DNA of 64,000 nt. Origin: Bacteroidota bacterium. GTDB lineage: Bacteria; Bacteroidota; Rhodothermia; Rhodothermales; JAHQVL01. The position numbers and the translations under genes are program-made. The notes beneath the pieces were generated by a model. The model had not been told where the DNA came from. It saw nothing but the letters and a program-made list of their open reading frames with translations, and searched no databases. Positions 37,568-46,181 of this stretch are shown piece after piece (position 1 is the stretch's first letter; each line of letters opens with the position of its first letter). The stretch lies in assembly GCA_039111535.1 (NCBI GenBank), contig JBCCIM010000007.1:7165-71164 (forward strand). The letters are read 5' to 3'.

Positions 37568-39055
37568 TCACGAGAGAATGCCGTTTACAACTTTACCATG
37601 CACATCGGTAAGCCGGAAATAGCGGCCCTGGTGTTTGTAAGTCAGTTGCTCGTGGTCGATGCCCATCTGGTGCAAAATTGTTGCATGGAAGTCATGCACA
37701 TGTACAGGGTCAGCAGCTATGTTATAGCTAAAGTCATCTGTTTCGCCGTAAGACACACCCGGCTTTATCCCGCCACCAGCAGCCCATACGGTAAAACAGC
37801 GTGGATGGTGATCACGGCCATAGTTGTCTGCCGTGAGTTGTCCCTGGCTATAAATGGTGCGTCCAAATTCCCCGCCCCAAACAACGAGGGTGTCTTCAAG
37901 TAACCCCCTGCGTTTCAGGTCGGTAATGAGCGCCGCACTTGCCTGGTCGGTGTCTTTACACTGGAGGCGGATGTCGCTGGGCAAATTGGAATGTTGGTCC
38001 CAGCCCATATGGTACAGTTGAATAAAACGAACGCCTTTTTCTGCCAGCCGGCGCGCAAGCACGCAATTTGCAGCGTAGGTACCCGGGCGGCGGGCATCGG
38101 CGCCATAGAGTTCAAAAGTCTCGTCAGGCTCGTCTGACAGGTCCATTGTTTCCGGCACAGAGGTCTGCATCCTGTATGCCATTTCATACTGGGCAATGCG
38201 CGAATAGACTTCCGGGTCTCCAAAAGATGCTACCCGCTTTTCGTTCAGCGCATTCAGGTGATCCAGTGCACGCCTGCGGTCTTGCAAAGCAACGCCTGGC
38301 GGGTTGTCCAGATAAAGCACCGGTGTGCTGCCAGAACGAAATTGTACACCCTGGTGCATCGATGCCAGAAAACCAGATCCCCATAAGCGGGAATAGATCG
38401 GTTGTGGGCGAATGAGCCCACGCGACAAAAGCACGCAAAAAGAAGGCAGGTTTTCGTTCTCACTACCCAACCCGTAACTGAGCCATGCCCCCATACTGGG
38501 CCGACCCGGTTGCTGTGAGCCCGTTTGAAAAAAGGTGATGGCCGGATCATGGTTGATCGCTTCGGTGTGCATCGACTTAATAAAGCACAGTTCATCAGCG
38601 ATGCCGGCCGTATAAGGCATCAATTCGCTTACCCACGCCCCGCTTTTGCCGTGTTGGGCAAATTTGAAATACGATGAAGCAAGCGGGAAATTATTCTGAT
38701 TTGCTGTCATTCCGGTCAGCCGCTGCCCCATACGCACCGAACCCGGCAAATCTTCGCCATGCATACCCGCCATTTTGGGTTTGTAATCGAACAGGTCCAT
38801 CTGCGCCGGCCCGCCACTTTGAAACAAGTAGATCACCCGTTTGGCTTTTGCAGGCAAATGCAATCCGGGCAGTGCGTTTGCTGTTGCCGTGCGTAACGCG
38901 GCATCGCCACCAGACAGGCATCCGGGCAAGAGCGACGCAAGGGCTGCACCACCAATCCCCAAACTGGCCCGGGACAAAAAATGCCGGCGGTTGATATGCA
39001 ACGCAGCCTCTTGTTCTGGCGCAGAAAACTCGATTGGTTTGTTTGTTTTTTTCAT
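37568..39055 (-). CDS. DUF1501 protein (Tat signal)
   Basis: NRRHFLSRASLGIGGAALASLL, YGRDHHP. Clear paralog of 14750-16228. The ORF extends to 39112; the ATG at 39055 (MKKTNKP) is the likely start. Confidence 0.85.
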   Translation of the reverse strand: MKKTNKPIEFSAPEQEAALHINRRHFLSRASLGIGGAALASLLPGCLSGGDAALRTATANALPGLHLPAKAKRVIYLFQSGGPAQMDLFDYKPKMAGMHGEDLPGSVRMGQRLTGMTANQNNFPLASSYFKFAQHGKSGAWVSELMPYTAGIADELCFIKSMHTEAINHDPAITFFQTGSQQPGRPSMGAWLSYGLGSENENLPSFCVLLSRGLIRPQPIYSRLWGSGFLASMHQGVQFRSGSTPVLYLDNPPGVALQDRRRALDHLNALNEKRVASFGDPEVYSRIAQYEMAYRMQTSVPETMDLSDEPDETFELYGADARRPGTYAANCVLARRLAEKGVRFIQLYHMGWDQHSNLPSDIRLQCKDTDQASAALITDLKRRGLLEDTLVVWGGEFGRTIYSQGQLTADNYGRDHHPRCFTVWAAGGGIKPGVSYGETDDFSYNIAADPVHVHDFHATILHQMGIDHEQLTYKHQGRYFRLTDVHGKVVNGILS

Positions 39056-39142
39056 GGCGTTTGCAAGGTTGAGCAATGTGATGCGGCTGTCGTATGGCCC
39101 GGCGTAAAGCAAGAAAAACCTGCTTAATTCGCCGGCCCAGGA

Positions 39143-42100
39143 TCAGCTCCTCATTTTTGCTTCATCCATATTGAGCAACGTATTGGCAACAATGGTCAGG
39201 GCTGCCAATGCAGCCTGGTCCAGTTCATGGTTTATGGGGCTTTCACCTACGGACAGCAAAGCTGCAGCGCTTTCTTCATCAGTAGTAAAACGATTGTTTT
39301 CTTCCTGATAAAGTGAGCGCATGAGCCGCTTTTCGGTCCGATCGGGCAACCGGCTGGTTATCAGCCTGAAAACCCGCTGCAATTGCAAGTCTGCGTCCGC
39401 TTCGGCAAGCATCGCTTGCTCGGCCAATTGGCGAGAGGCCTCGATAATTTGCGGGTCGTTGAGGAGTACCAGAGACTGTAAAGGCGTGCTTGTTGTCTGG
39501 CGCTTTACAATGCATACGGTGCGCTCTGCCGCATCAAAAGTCAGCATGGCAGGCGGCGGAATGGTTCGCTTCCAGTAAGAGTAGAGGCTACGTCTGTACA
39601 GGTCCACCCCTTTACTCGGACGGTATTTGTTTTCTCCGATCTGGTTGGCGAGTTCTTTCCAGACCCCGGGGGGCTGATAGGGTTTAACCCAGTGTCCTCC
39701 TACTTTTTCTTCAAGCAGTCCACTCACGTGCAGCGCATTGTCTCGAATCATTTCTGCTGAAAACCGCTGCGCCGGCCCCCTTGCGAGCAATACATTGTCG
39801 GGATCGCTTTGATACCCTTCCTCTGTTATGCGTGCTGCCTGGCGGTAGGTGGCGGACAATACCATGTGCTTCATCAGGCGACGCGTATCCCAGCCATTTT
39901 CGCGGAAGTCCACCGCCAGCCAATCCAGCATAGCAGGATGTGAAGGCAGTGCGCCCTGGCTACCAAAATCCTCCGGTGTTGCAACAACACCGCGTCCAAA
40001 AAGCAGCATCCAGAATCTGTTTACAGCAACACGGGCCGTCAGCGGGTTGGCATCATCTGTAATCCACTGGGCCAATCCCAGCCTGTTTGGTGGCAGATCA
40101 CTGGAAAACGCAAGGACTGCTTTGGGTGTACCAGCCGCTACCTCTTCTTCTTTGGCGTCGTAGGCGCCACGGGCCAGCACGTGGGTTGCACGGGGCGAGG
40201 CCATTTCTTCCATCACCATCACATACGGTAATTCTAAATGAATGGCGCGCAGGCTGTCGAGTCTTTGCCGGGCTGCAACAATAGCTGGTTGTTGCGCTGT
40301 GTAAAACGCATACAACAGCCTTGCAGCATCACCCTGGTTTGCTGAACCCGTCTGGCTAGCGAGTTGCGCCCTGACGTCCCTGCCGGCAAGGACTTGCACT
40401 TCCAGATCAGACAGGGTACGGTTGTATACCCTTACATCATCAATCAACCCATTAGCAAAACCTTGTAAACCGCCGTGCGGTGTGTTACGGGTGGTCCAGT
40501 TGCCGGCCAGCAGGTCGTTACCATTGAGCATGCTTCTGCGCGCGAGGCTGTCCTGCAAAACGGTTACAGGTGCAAGTACCCCGTCGACAAACAGGTTGAC
40601 GCCTTTCGCTTGTCCGGACCCATCATACGTAAGGAAGACATGTGCCCACGCCTGCATGGGTACTATTGCTGTTGAAACCACTTCAATGCGTTCGCCCCCC
40701 TGATTGTGGATCAGGCTGGCTTTCAGGGTGCCGGCGGAAGTTAACGATAGCTGGTAGCCGCCCCGCTTTTGTTCTTCATTCCGCTTAACCAGTACTGTTG
40801 CTTCTTTTTCAAATGGTGCCGGGTACTGAATCCATGCTCCCAGAGAGAACCGATCAGCGTGATCAAAATCACCGACGTCTCCGAGGTTGATGTAGTTCTC
40901 ACCATCAAACTGGATGCTTTGTCCCAGCCGGCCATTTGTAAGCTCAGGATCGGCCAGTACGTTGAGCAGGCGCGTATTAATTTTACCCATACGCGCGGCT
41001 GTGACGTTGTCTGGTGTTTCTCCAGCAACCAGCGTGTCAAACGGGTAGTGAGAAACCAGACCCACAGCAACCTCTCGGCCGAGATCAAACGTGGGCCACT
41101 CCGTGTCGAGCCATGTCTGAAATGCGTTATCTGGAGGCACAGCGCGCAGGGCATCGTATGTTGTTGTAGCATCAGCAGTCTCTTGTGCCAATGCTTCGAT
41201 CTCTTCTTCCAACTGCACATCTTCCATCAACATATGTGGCTTCGGCGCAAGGTCGAAATAGTTGATCTGTCCACGCTCATCGATGCCATTGAAGAATGAA
41301 AACATCTGAAAGTATTCATTCTGCGAAATCGGATCATATTTGTGGTCGTGACAACGCGCGCATTCGACGGTTAGGCCTAACATAGCGGTTGCCATTGTAT
41401 TGGTTCGATCCGCTACATATTCGGTTACGTATTCTTCGTTAACCACCCCGCCTTCCTGGGTAATCCCATGATTGCGGTTGAAACCGGTAGCCAGCTTCTG
41501 TTCATAGGTTGCATCGGGCAGCAGGTCGCCGGCAAGCTGCCAGGTAAGAAATTGGTCGTAGGGCAAATTGCTGTTGAAGGCCTCTATGACCCAATCGCGC
41601 CATGGCCACATGGTACGGGGTCGGTCATCCTGATAGCCATGAGAATCAGCATAGCGCGCCGCGTCAAGCCATACCGTGGCCATCCGTTCACCATAAGCAG
41701 GGGAAGCGAGTAGCGCGTCTACAACCTTTTCATATGCTTCCGGCGTATTGTCTGCAAGGAAGGCATCAAGTCCTTCCAATGTTGGTGGTAAACCTGTAAG
41801 GTCCAGTGATACGCGGCGCAGCCATTTTTCGCGGCTCTCTTCTGGTGCCGGCGATAAGCCATCGCGCTCCAACCGTGCCAGCACAAAATGATCTAATGGA
41901 TGCTGCGGCCAGTCGGCATTTACCACGGCTGGCAAAGCAGCTTTTTCCGGTGGAATAAACGACCAATGTGTTTTCCATTCCGCCCCCTGAGCGATCCAGC
42001 GCTCAATAATTTGCTTTTCGGTATCGGAAAGAAAAAGCTTGGAGTCTGGATGCGGCATCCGTTCTTCCGGATCCGGGTGGTTGATGCGTGCGATGACTTC

Positions 42101-42394
42101 GCTCAATTCAGGATCGCCGGGTACAATGGCGAAGCGGGTGGCATCTCCTTCTAACGCGGCAAAAGCACCCGCAGGTGTATCGAGGCGCAGGCCGGCTTCA
42201 CGCGACTGCTCATCGGGCCCGTGGCATTTAAAACACCGATCAGAAAGAATGGGCTTGACGTGAAAGTTGAAATCTACGCTGTCCGGTACCACCTCAGCAA
42301 CGGGAGACGTTGCATCAGGTTGGCATCCAGCGACGGATACCATCAGCGCACAACCAAAAAACAGGCAAAGAGGGGTTAAAAGGCGCATCTGCAT
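39143..42394 (-). CDS. PSCyt1/PSCyt2/PSD1 protein with inserted LamG (concanavalin-like) domain
   Basis: CFKCHGPDEQSREAGLRLD; VWLDAARYADSHGY; CARCHDHKYDP. A LamG-like insert of about 200 aa (FDGENYINLG...DDVRVYNRTLS). Lipoprotein signal SVAGC. Confidence 0.85.
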   Translation of the reverse strand: MQMRLLTPLCLFFGCALMVSVAGCQPDATSPVAEVVPDSVDFNFHVKPILSDRCFKCHGPDEQSREAGLRLDTPAGAFAALEGDATRFAIVPGDPELSEVIARINHPDPEERMPHPDSKLFLSDTEKQIIERWIAQGAEWKTHWSFIPPEKAALPAVVNADWPQHPLDHFVLARLERDGLSPAPEESREKWLRRVSLDLTGLPPTLEGLDAFLADNTPEAYEKVVDALLASPAYGERMATVWLDAARYADSHGYQDDRPRTMWPWRDWVIEAFNSNLPYDQFLTWQLAGDLLPDATYEQKLATGFNRNHGITQEGGVVNEEYVTEYVADRTNTMATAMLGLTVECARCHDHKYDPISQNEYFQMFSFFNGIDERGQINYFDLAPKPHMLMEDVQLEEEIEALAQETADATTTYDALRAVPPDNAFQTWLDTEWPTFDLGREVAVGLVSHYPFDTLVAGETPDNVTAARMGKINTRLLNVLADPELTNGRLGQSIQFDGENYINLGDVGDFDHADRFSLGAWIQYPAPFEKEATVLVKRNEEQKRGGYQLSLTSAGTLKASLIHNQGGERIEVVSTAIVPMQAWAHVFLTYDGSGQAKGVNLFVDGVLAPVTVLQDSLARRSMLNGNDLLAGNWTTRNTPHGGLQGFANGLIDDVRVYNRTLSDLEVQVLAGRDVRAQLASQTGSANQGDAARLLYAFYTAQQPAIVAARQRLDSLRAIHLELPYVMVMEEMASPRATHVLARGAYDAKEEEVAAGTPKAVLAFSSDLPPNRLGLAQWITDDANPLTARVAVNRFWMLLFGRGVVATPEDFGSQGALPSHPAMLDWLAVDFRENGWDTRRLMKHMVLSATYRQAARITEEGYQSDPDNVLLARGPAQRFSAEMIRDNALHVSGLLEEKVGGHWVKPYQPPGVWKELANQIGENKYRPSKGVDLYRRSLYSYWKRTIPPPAMLTFDAAERTVCIVKRQTTSTPLQSLVLLNDPQIIEASRQLAEQAMLAEADADLQLQRVFRLITSRLPDRTEKRLMRSLYQEENNRFTTDEESAAALLSVGESPINHELDQAALAALTIVANTLLNMDEAKMRS

Positions 42395-42459
42395 TCAAAT
42401 TCGAGCGATTACACACTTGATATACTCGAATATAGGAGATGCTTGCCACAGCTACCACG

Positions 42460-42795
42460 TCATACCAAAGAAAACACTTCTTCCATGGCTGCCCACTTTT
42501 CATTCGGGCCGGCTTCAGGCACCGGTTCCTGGAGCGTAGTCATGATGTCTTCCCACTCCTGGCACTTGGGATGCAGGGCCAGGTATCGCGGGAAATCCAC
42601 AGCCGGATCGAAGGTGTCTGTTACGTCAGCCAGCATAAAGAGCCGGCGCCCAAGCAGCCAAATCTTCATTTGAATGACGCCGACAGCCTGCAAGGCCTCC
42701 AGCACTTCAGGCCAGGCATTGGCATGATACGCTTTGTAAGCAGCCAGGACTTCCGGGTCGTCTTTCAGGTTTACGGTTAAGGCCAGTTGTTTCAT
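42460..42795 (-). CDS. rhaM: L-rhamnose mutarotase family protein
   Basis: 111 aa. YKAYHANAWPEVLEAL...LFMLADV...W..IM....W..MEEVF pattern as in RhaM/YiiL (DUF718). Confidence 0.7.
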   Translation of the reverse strand: MKQLALTVNLKDDPEVLAAYKAYHANAWPEVLEALQAVGVIQMKIWLLGRRLFMLADVTDTFDPAVDFPRYLALHPKCQEWEDIMTTLQEPVPEAGPNEKWAAMEEVFSLV

Positions 42796-43153
42796 CGTGC
42801 AGCACCATCAGGAGACTGGGGTAAAGGGAGTGCTGAGAATACTCAATCTCATCCGCAATTACACACCTGGTCGCCTACACCCCCACATCTCATTGCTTGA
42901 TCAAGGGTGTTCAGAAACAACCAAGTAATCTCCTTTTTCCGAAAAGAAAGTGCGATGGACGTCCACCAAATGCGTGGCGGTGTGCGTTGGGGGCTTTTAT
43001 CGAAGCGTTTTCCTGAATGAAGTTCAGGATGGCATGTGCGAATGGCAATAAAAGCGCGCGTTTTATTTGGTGGTGCCCTTTTTTTGGTTCGTTTTTTTGG
43101 GCAAGCAAAAAAATGAACGTACGCCATGCTAAACAGGCGGCAGCAGTTTTTAT

Positions 43154-43212
43154 GCACAATATTTATTTGGTGCGCGGCAAGAAAACCGCGCACCAAATAA
43201 ATATTATTGTGC
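43154..43212 (-). terminator. Very long hairpin 14 nt after the stop of the T9SS gene
   Basis: 20 perfect bp (AATATTTATTTGGTGCGCGG / CCGCGCACCAAATAAATATT) plus 4 more bp after a 3-nt bulge, with an 8-nt loop. No U-tract follows on the minus strand. Confidence 0.55.
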
Positions 43213-43226
43213 TGAACTCCAGCGGA

Positions 43227-45056
43227 TTATTTAACGAGGTATACCGCGTAGGTCTCTACAAAAGAAACGCCTTGCACGCGCACCAGGTAGCGTCCACTGG
43301 CGAGATGTCCGCTGTCGATGCGCACCTGATGCATGGTATTGGCAGAGGCCCATCCATCAAACGCCGTACTGATCTGCTGCCCGAGCAAGTTTACCAGCGT
43401 TACGGTTACCTGTTGGTCTTGCTGTACGCTAAAGGAAAGGCTTGTTTCCGGGTTGTACGGGTTTGGATACGGTGCCTCAATGAAGTACGGTCTTTCGAGC
43501 GTTGCAACGCGATGTACTTCTTTGCTCCAGGCAAAAGTGCCGTCAAAATCGACCTGCTTGATCCGGAATCCATGCCGGCCCGGTGCAGCGAGTGCTACGT
43601 TGAACGTGTATGCTTGCTGCTGCGTAGTTGTCCCTGCACCAGGTACCCAACCGATCCGTTCAAATGTGCGGTCTGCCGTACGGTGATACACTTCAAAGCC
43701 GGCGTTATTGGTCTCTGATGCGGTTGTCCATTTGACAGTAGCTTCGTCACCATTCATCACAACATCAAAATCAACCAGTTCAACGGGTAGCGTACCGCTA
43801 TCAACGGTGCCGGGCGTGCCGAGGTCATCGCAAAGTGGACACTCGAGGTTGCTGTAGTTGCCGGCGCGTTCAAACGCTTCAATCCAGTTATCCCCATCAT
43901 TGTTGTCATCTTCTGGCCCACCTGTGTAGAGCAGGGATGCCCCGTTTGGCGAAGGAAACGTCTCATCATCATCGTATTCAACGCGGTCAATCTCGGTCTC
44001 CTCCGCATTGAACAAAATGATCGCGTCCTCTTTGTTGCCAAGTGCCATGTTTGTGTACTGGTAATCACACCCTACATCACCATTCAGATCACGTTCTTCA
44101 TTTTTGCACAGCATGAGTGTGTTGTGCGGCTGAATCGTGACGCCGGCCGCAATGGTGTGTGCGTCTGTACCAAGGTCTTGCAGGACCCAACCGCCTAAAT
44201 CGATGGCATCATCCGTTACATTAAACAGCTCAAACCACTCGCCGGCAGAGTCATTGACGTCATCCGGGTTTTTCATGATTTCAGTGATGATTACAGAAGG
44301 CGCCAGCGGCTCTTCGTTAACAGGCAACTCAAACAAAGCCTCTACTTCTTCTGCGGAAAGGGCACGGTCGTAAATGCGGATATCATCTATACCACCCTGC
44401 CAGGGCAAAGAGTTCACCCCAAGGTCATAAGTACCAATTGCGGCACTGTAATCACCATTAACCATGGCCGGCCCACCCTCTCCGATAAACGTACCTGCTT
44501 CTGCTGTACCGTTTACGTAGATGACCATATCTGTGGCGCCACTGACAACCGCGGTTACATGCACCCATGTTTCTGGCTGCAACACGCTGGTACCAACAAC
44601 GCCGCGCCGGCTCTGTGGGCCAGGCAGGCCGCCATCACCAAAAGAAACAGACGCCGTCCCGTCATCCAGGGTAGCCATCCAAAAGCCCGTGTATTGCGTA
44701 GCGTTATCGTTTGAAACAAAGATTTCGCGGACATCTTCTGTCAGCGCTTTGGGTTCGAGCCAAACAGAGATAGAAAAAGGTAGCGACAGGTTGGTGAATG
44801 CATTGCCTATAGAGACAAAGTCATCAATGCCGTCAAAATCGTAGGCGCTATCCGGATTGCCACCGCGATCAGCGCGCAATGCCAGTCCACCTGCCGGCTT
44901 GCCATGGTGGTTGTTGCCGCTTTCATCTTCAGTGTTGCTATTAAAGGGATAGTAGGCAATCAGCCCGGCTTCGATGTCTACTTGTGCATGCGCAAGAGGC
45001 GCTTTGAACAAAAATACAGCACAAAGTAACAGGAATAAAATGCGATAGGATTGCAT
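43227..45056 (-). CDS. Secreted LamG + lamin-tail-domain (LTD) protein with T9SS C-terminal sorting domain
   Basis: Signal ...APLAHAQ. LamG-like YYPFNSNTEDESGNNHHG...FDGIDDFVSIG. LTD VIITEIMKNPDDVNDSAGEWFELFNVTD. C-terminal beta-sandwich ending GRYLVRVQG...YLVK. Confidence 0.8.
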   Translation of the reverse strand: MQSYRILFLLLCAVFLFKAPLAHAQVDIEAGLIAYYPFNSNTEDESGNNHHGKPAGGLALRADRGGNPDSAYDFDGIDDFVSIGNAFTNLSLPFSISVWLEPKALTEDVREIFVSNDNATQYTGFWMATLDDGTASVSFGDGGLPGPQSRRGVVGTSVLQPETWVHVTAVVSGATDMVIYVNGTAEAGTFIGEGGPAMVNGDYSAAIGTYDLGVNSLPWQGGIDDIRIYDRALSAEEVEALFELPVNEEPLAPSVIITEIMKNPDDVNDSAGEWFELFNVTDDAIDLGGWVLQDLGTDAHTIAAGVTIQPHNTLMLCKNEERDLNGDVGCDYQYTNMALGNKEDAIILFNAEETEIDRVEYDDDETFPSPNGASLLYTGGPEDDNNDGDNWIEAFERAGNYSNLECPLCDDLGTPGTVDSGTLPVELVDFDVVMNGDEATVKWTTASETNNAGFEVYHRTADRTFERIGWVPGAGTTTQQQAYTFNVALAAPGRHGFRIKQVDFDGTFAWSKEVHRVATLERPYFIEAPYPNPYNPETSLSFSVQQDQQVTVTLVNLLGQQISTAFDGWASANTMHQVRIDSGHLASGRYLVRVQGVSFVETYAVYLVK

Positions 45057-45337
45057 GGTAGCTAGATAATTTGGCTAGAAAAGCGTGTGTGGGAATTGAT
45101 CTGCGTCTATACAGCTTTTCGTCACAACAACGGCACAGGCTGAAACTGCTGCAGCCGTTTGTTATACATGGAGGAGACAGGTACCAGAGAGATTGCTGCG
45201 GGTAAAAAAATAGCATCTGGCTACAATAAACGTTTTTTACAACGCGTTATGTAAGCACAAAATGCACATGCGTCACCCTTAAATGTGCATCCAACAAGTA
45301 TTAGACATCCTTTCATTTGAATTAAATTGCTACCATC

Positions 45338-46147
45338 ATGTTTGCTATCACCCGGCACAGCATCCGTCCCTTCGTTATTGCCTTCCTCTTCCTCTTTTGC
45401 ACAAGCCTTACAGCCGTTGCTCAAAATGAAACGGTAACCCAAAATGATTTTGTAATGCGTACCGGCGGTGCCAATATGGTTTTGCTTTCGGTAGCCGGCG
45501 GCGCCCTGATCGTTGAAGGAGAAGACGAGGCGCGCGTCACGCGGCATGTCACAACAAACAGCAGCGCGGATACGCCGAAATTTCAGGCCGGCGACAAGAT
45601 TATCTATCTCAATGGAGAGCGTATAGAATCAGCATCCCAACTCCGTTCGCTGTACCAAGAGGTAGCCGTAGGAGACGAGGTAAAAATGGGCGTACAGCGC
45701 GGCGACACCAAGATGATCAAGACGTTCATCAAACCCGAACCCCAACAACGGTATGAAAGCGCAGACGGCAACCAGGTCGTCAACTTGAGCACATCAAACA
45801 TGGCAGTTGGCAATATGGCGAACTACAAAAACATAACGATGTGGAGAGCCGGCTTCATTGTTGGCGAAGAAGATGGCCGCGTTCTAATTGGTGCCCCCCT
45901 CCCCATCAACGGCAAAGCAGAAGCCCTATCTGACCTGAAAGCCGGCGACGAATTACTCGCCATTAACGACACAAAAATCACCACTGCGAAGCAGGTTGAA
46001 AAAGTGTATGGCGCAATCAACGTGGGCGATGATGTCACAGTGGAATACAAAAGCGACGACAGCGTCGAGAAGGTTATGTTCAAAAAACCGGCTGCACCCA
46101 ACATGCGCATGCGCATGGGGCCACGCCAGCGTGTCAGCCAACAGTAA
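45338..46147 (+). CDS. Secreted tandem-PDZ domain protein (no protease domain)
   Basis: Two PDZ-like segments (GDKIIYLNGERIESASQLRSLYQEVAVGDEVKM and GDELLAINDTKITTAKQVEKVYGAINVGDDVTV). Signal peptide ...LTAVAQ. Confidence 0.7.
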   Translation: MFAITRHSIRPFVIAFLFLFCTSLTAVAQNETVTQNDFVMRTGGANMVLLSVAGGALIVEGEDEARVTRHVTTNSSADTPKFQAGDKIIYLNGERIESASQLRSLYQEVAVGDEVKMGVQRGDTKMIKTFIKPEPQQRYESADGNQVVNLSTSNMAVGNMANYKNITMWRAGFIVGEEDGRVLIGAPLPINGKAEALSDLKAGDELLAINDTKITTAKQVEKVYGAINVGDDVTVEYKSDDSVEKVMFKKPAAPNMRMRMGPRQRVSQQ

Positions 46148-46181
46148 GCAAGGTATTTCGCCACCCTCAGACCCCTAGACC

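Noticed and set aside
42849-43718. ORFs 42849-43196(-), 42911-43159(-) and 43017-43718(+) in or next to the hairpin-rich spacer.
   Set aside because: The translations are basic and low-complexity. They cross several strong hairpins and (for 43017-43718) run antisense into the T9SS gene. A non-coding structured region is the more economical reading.
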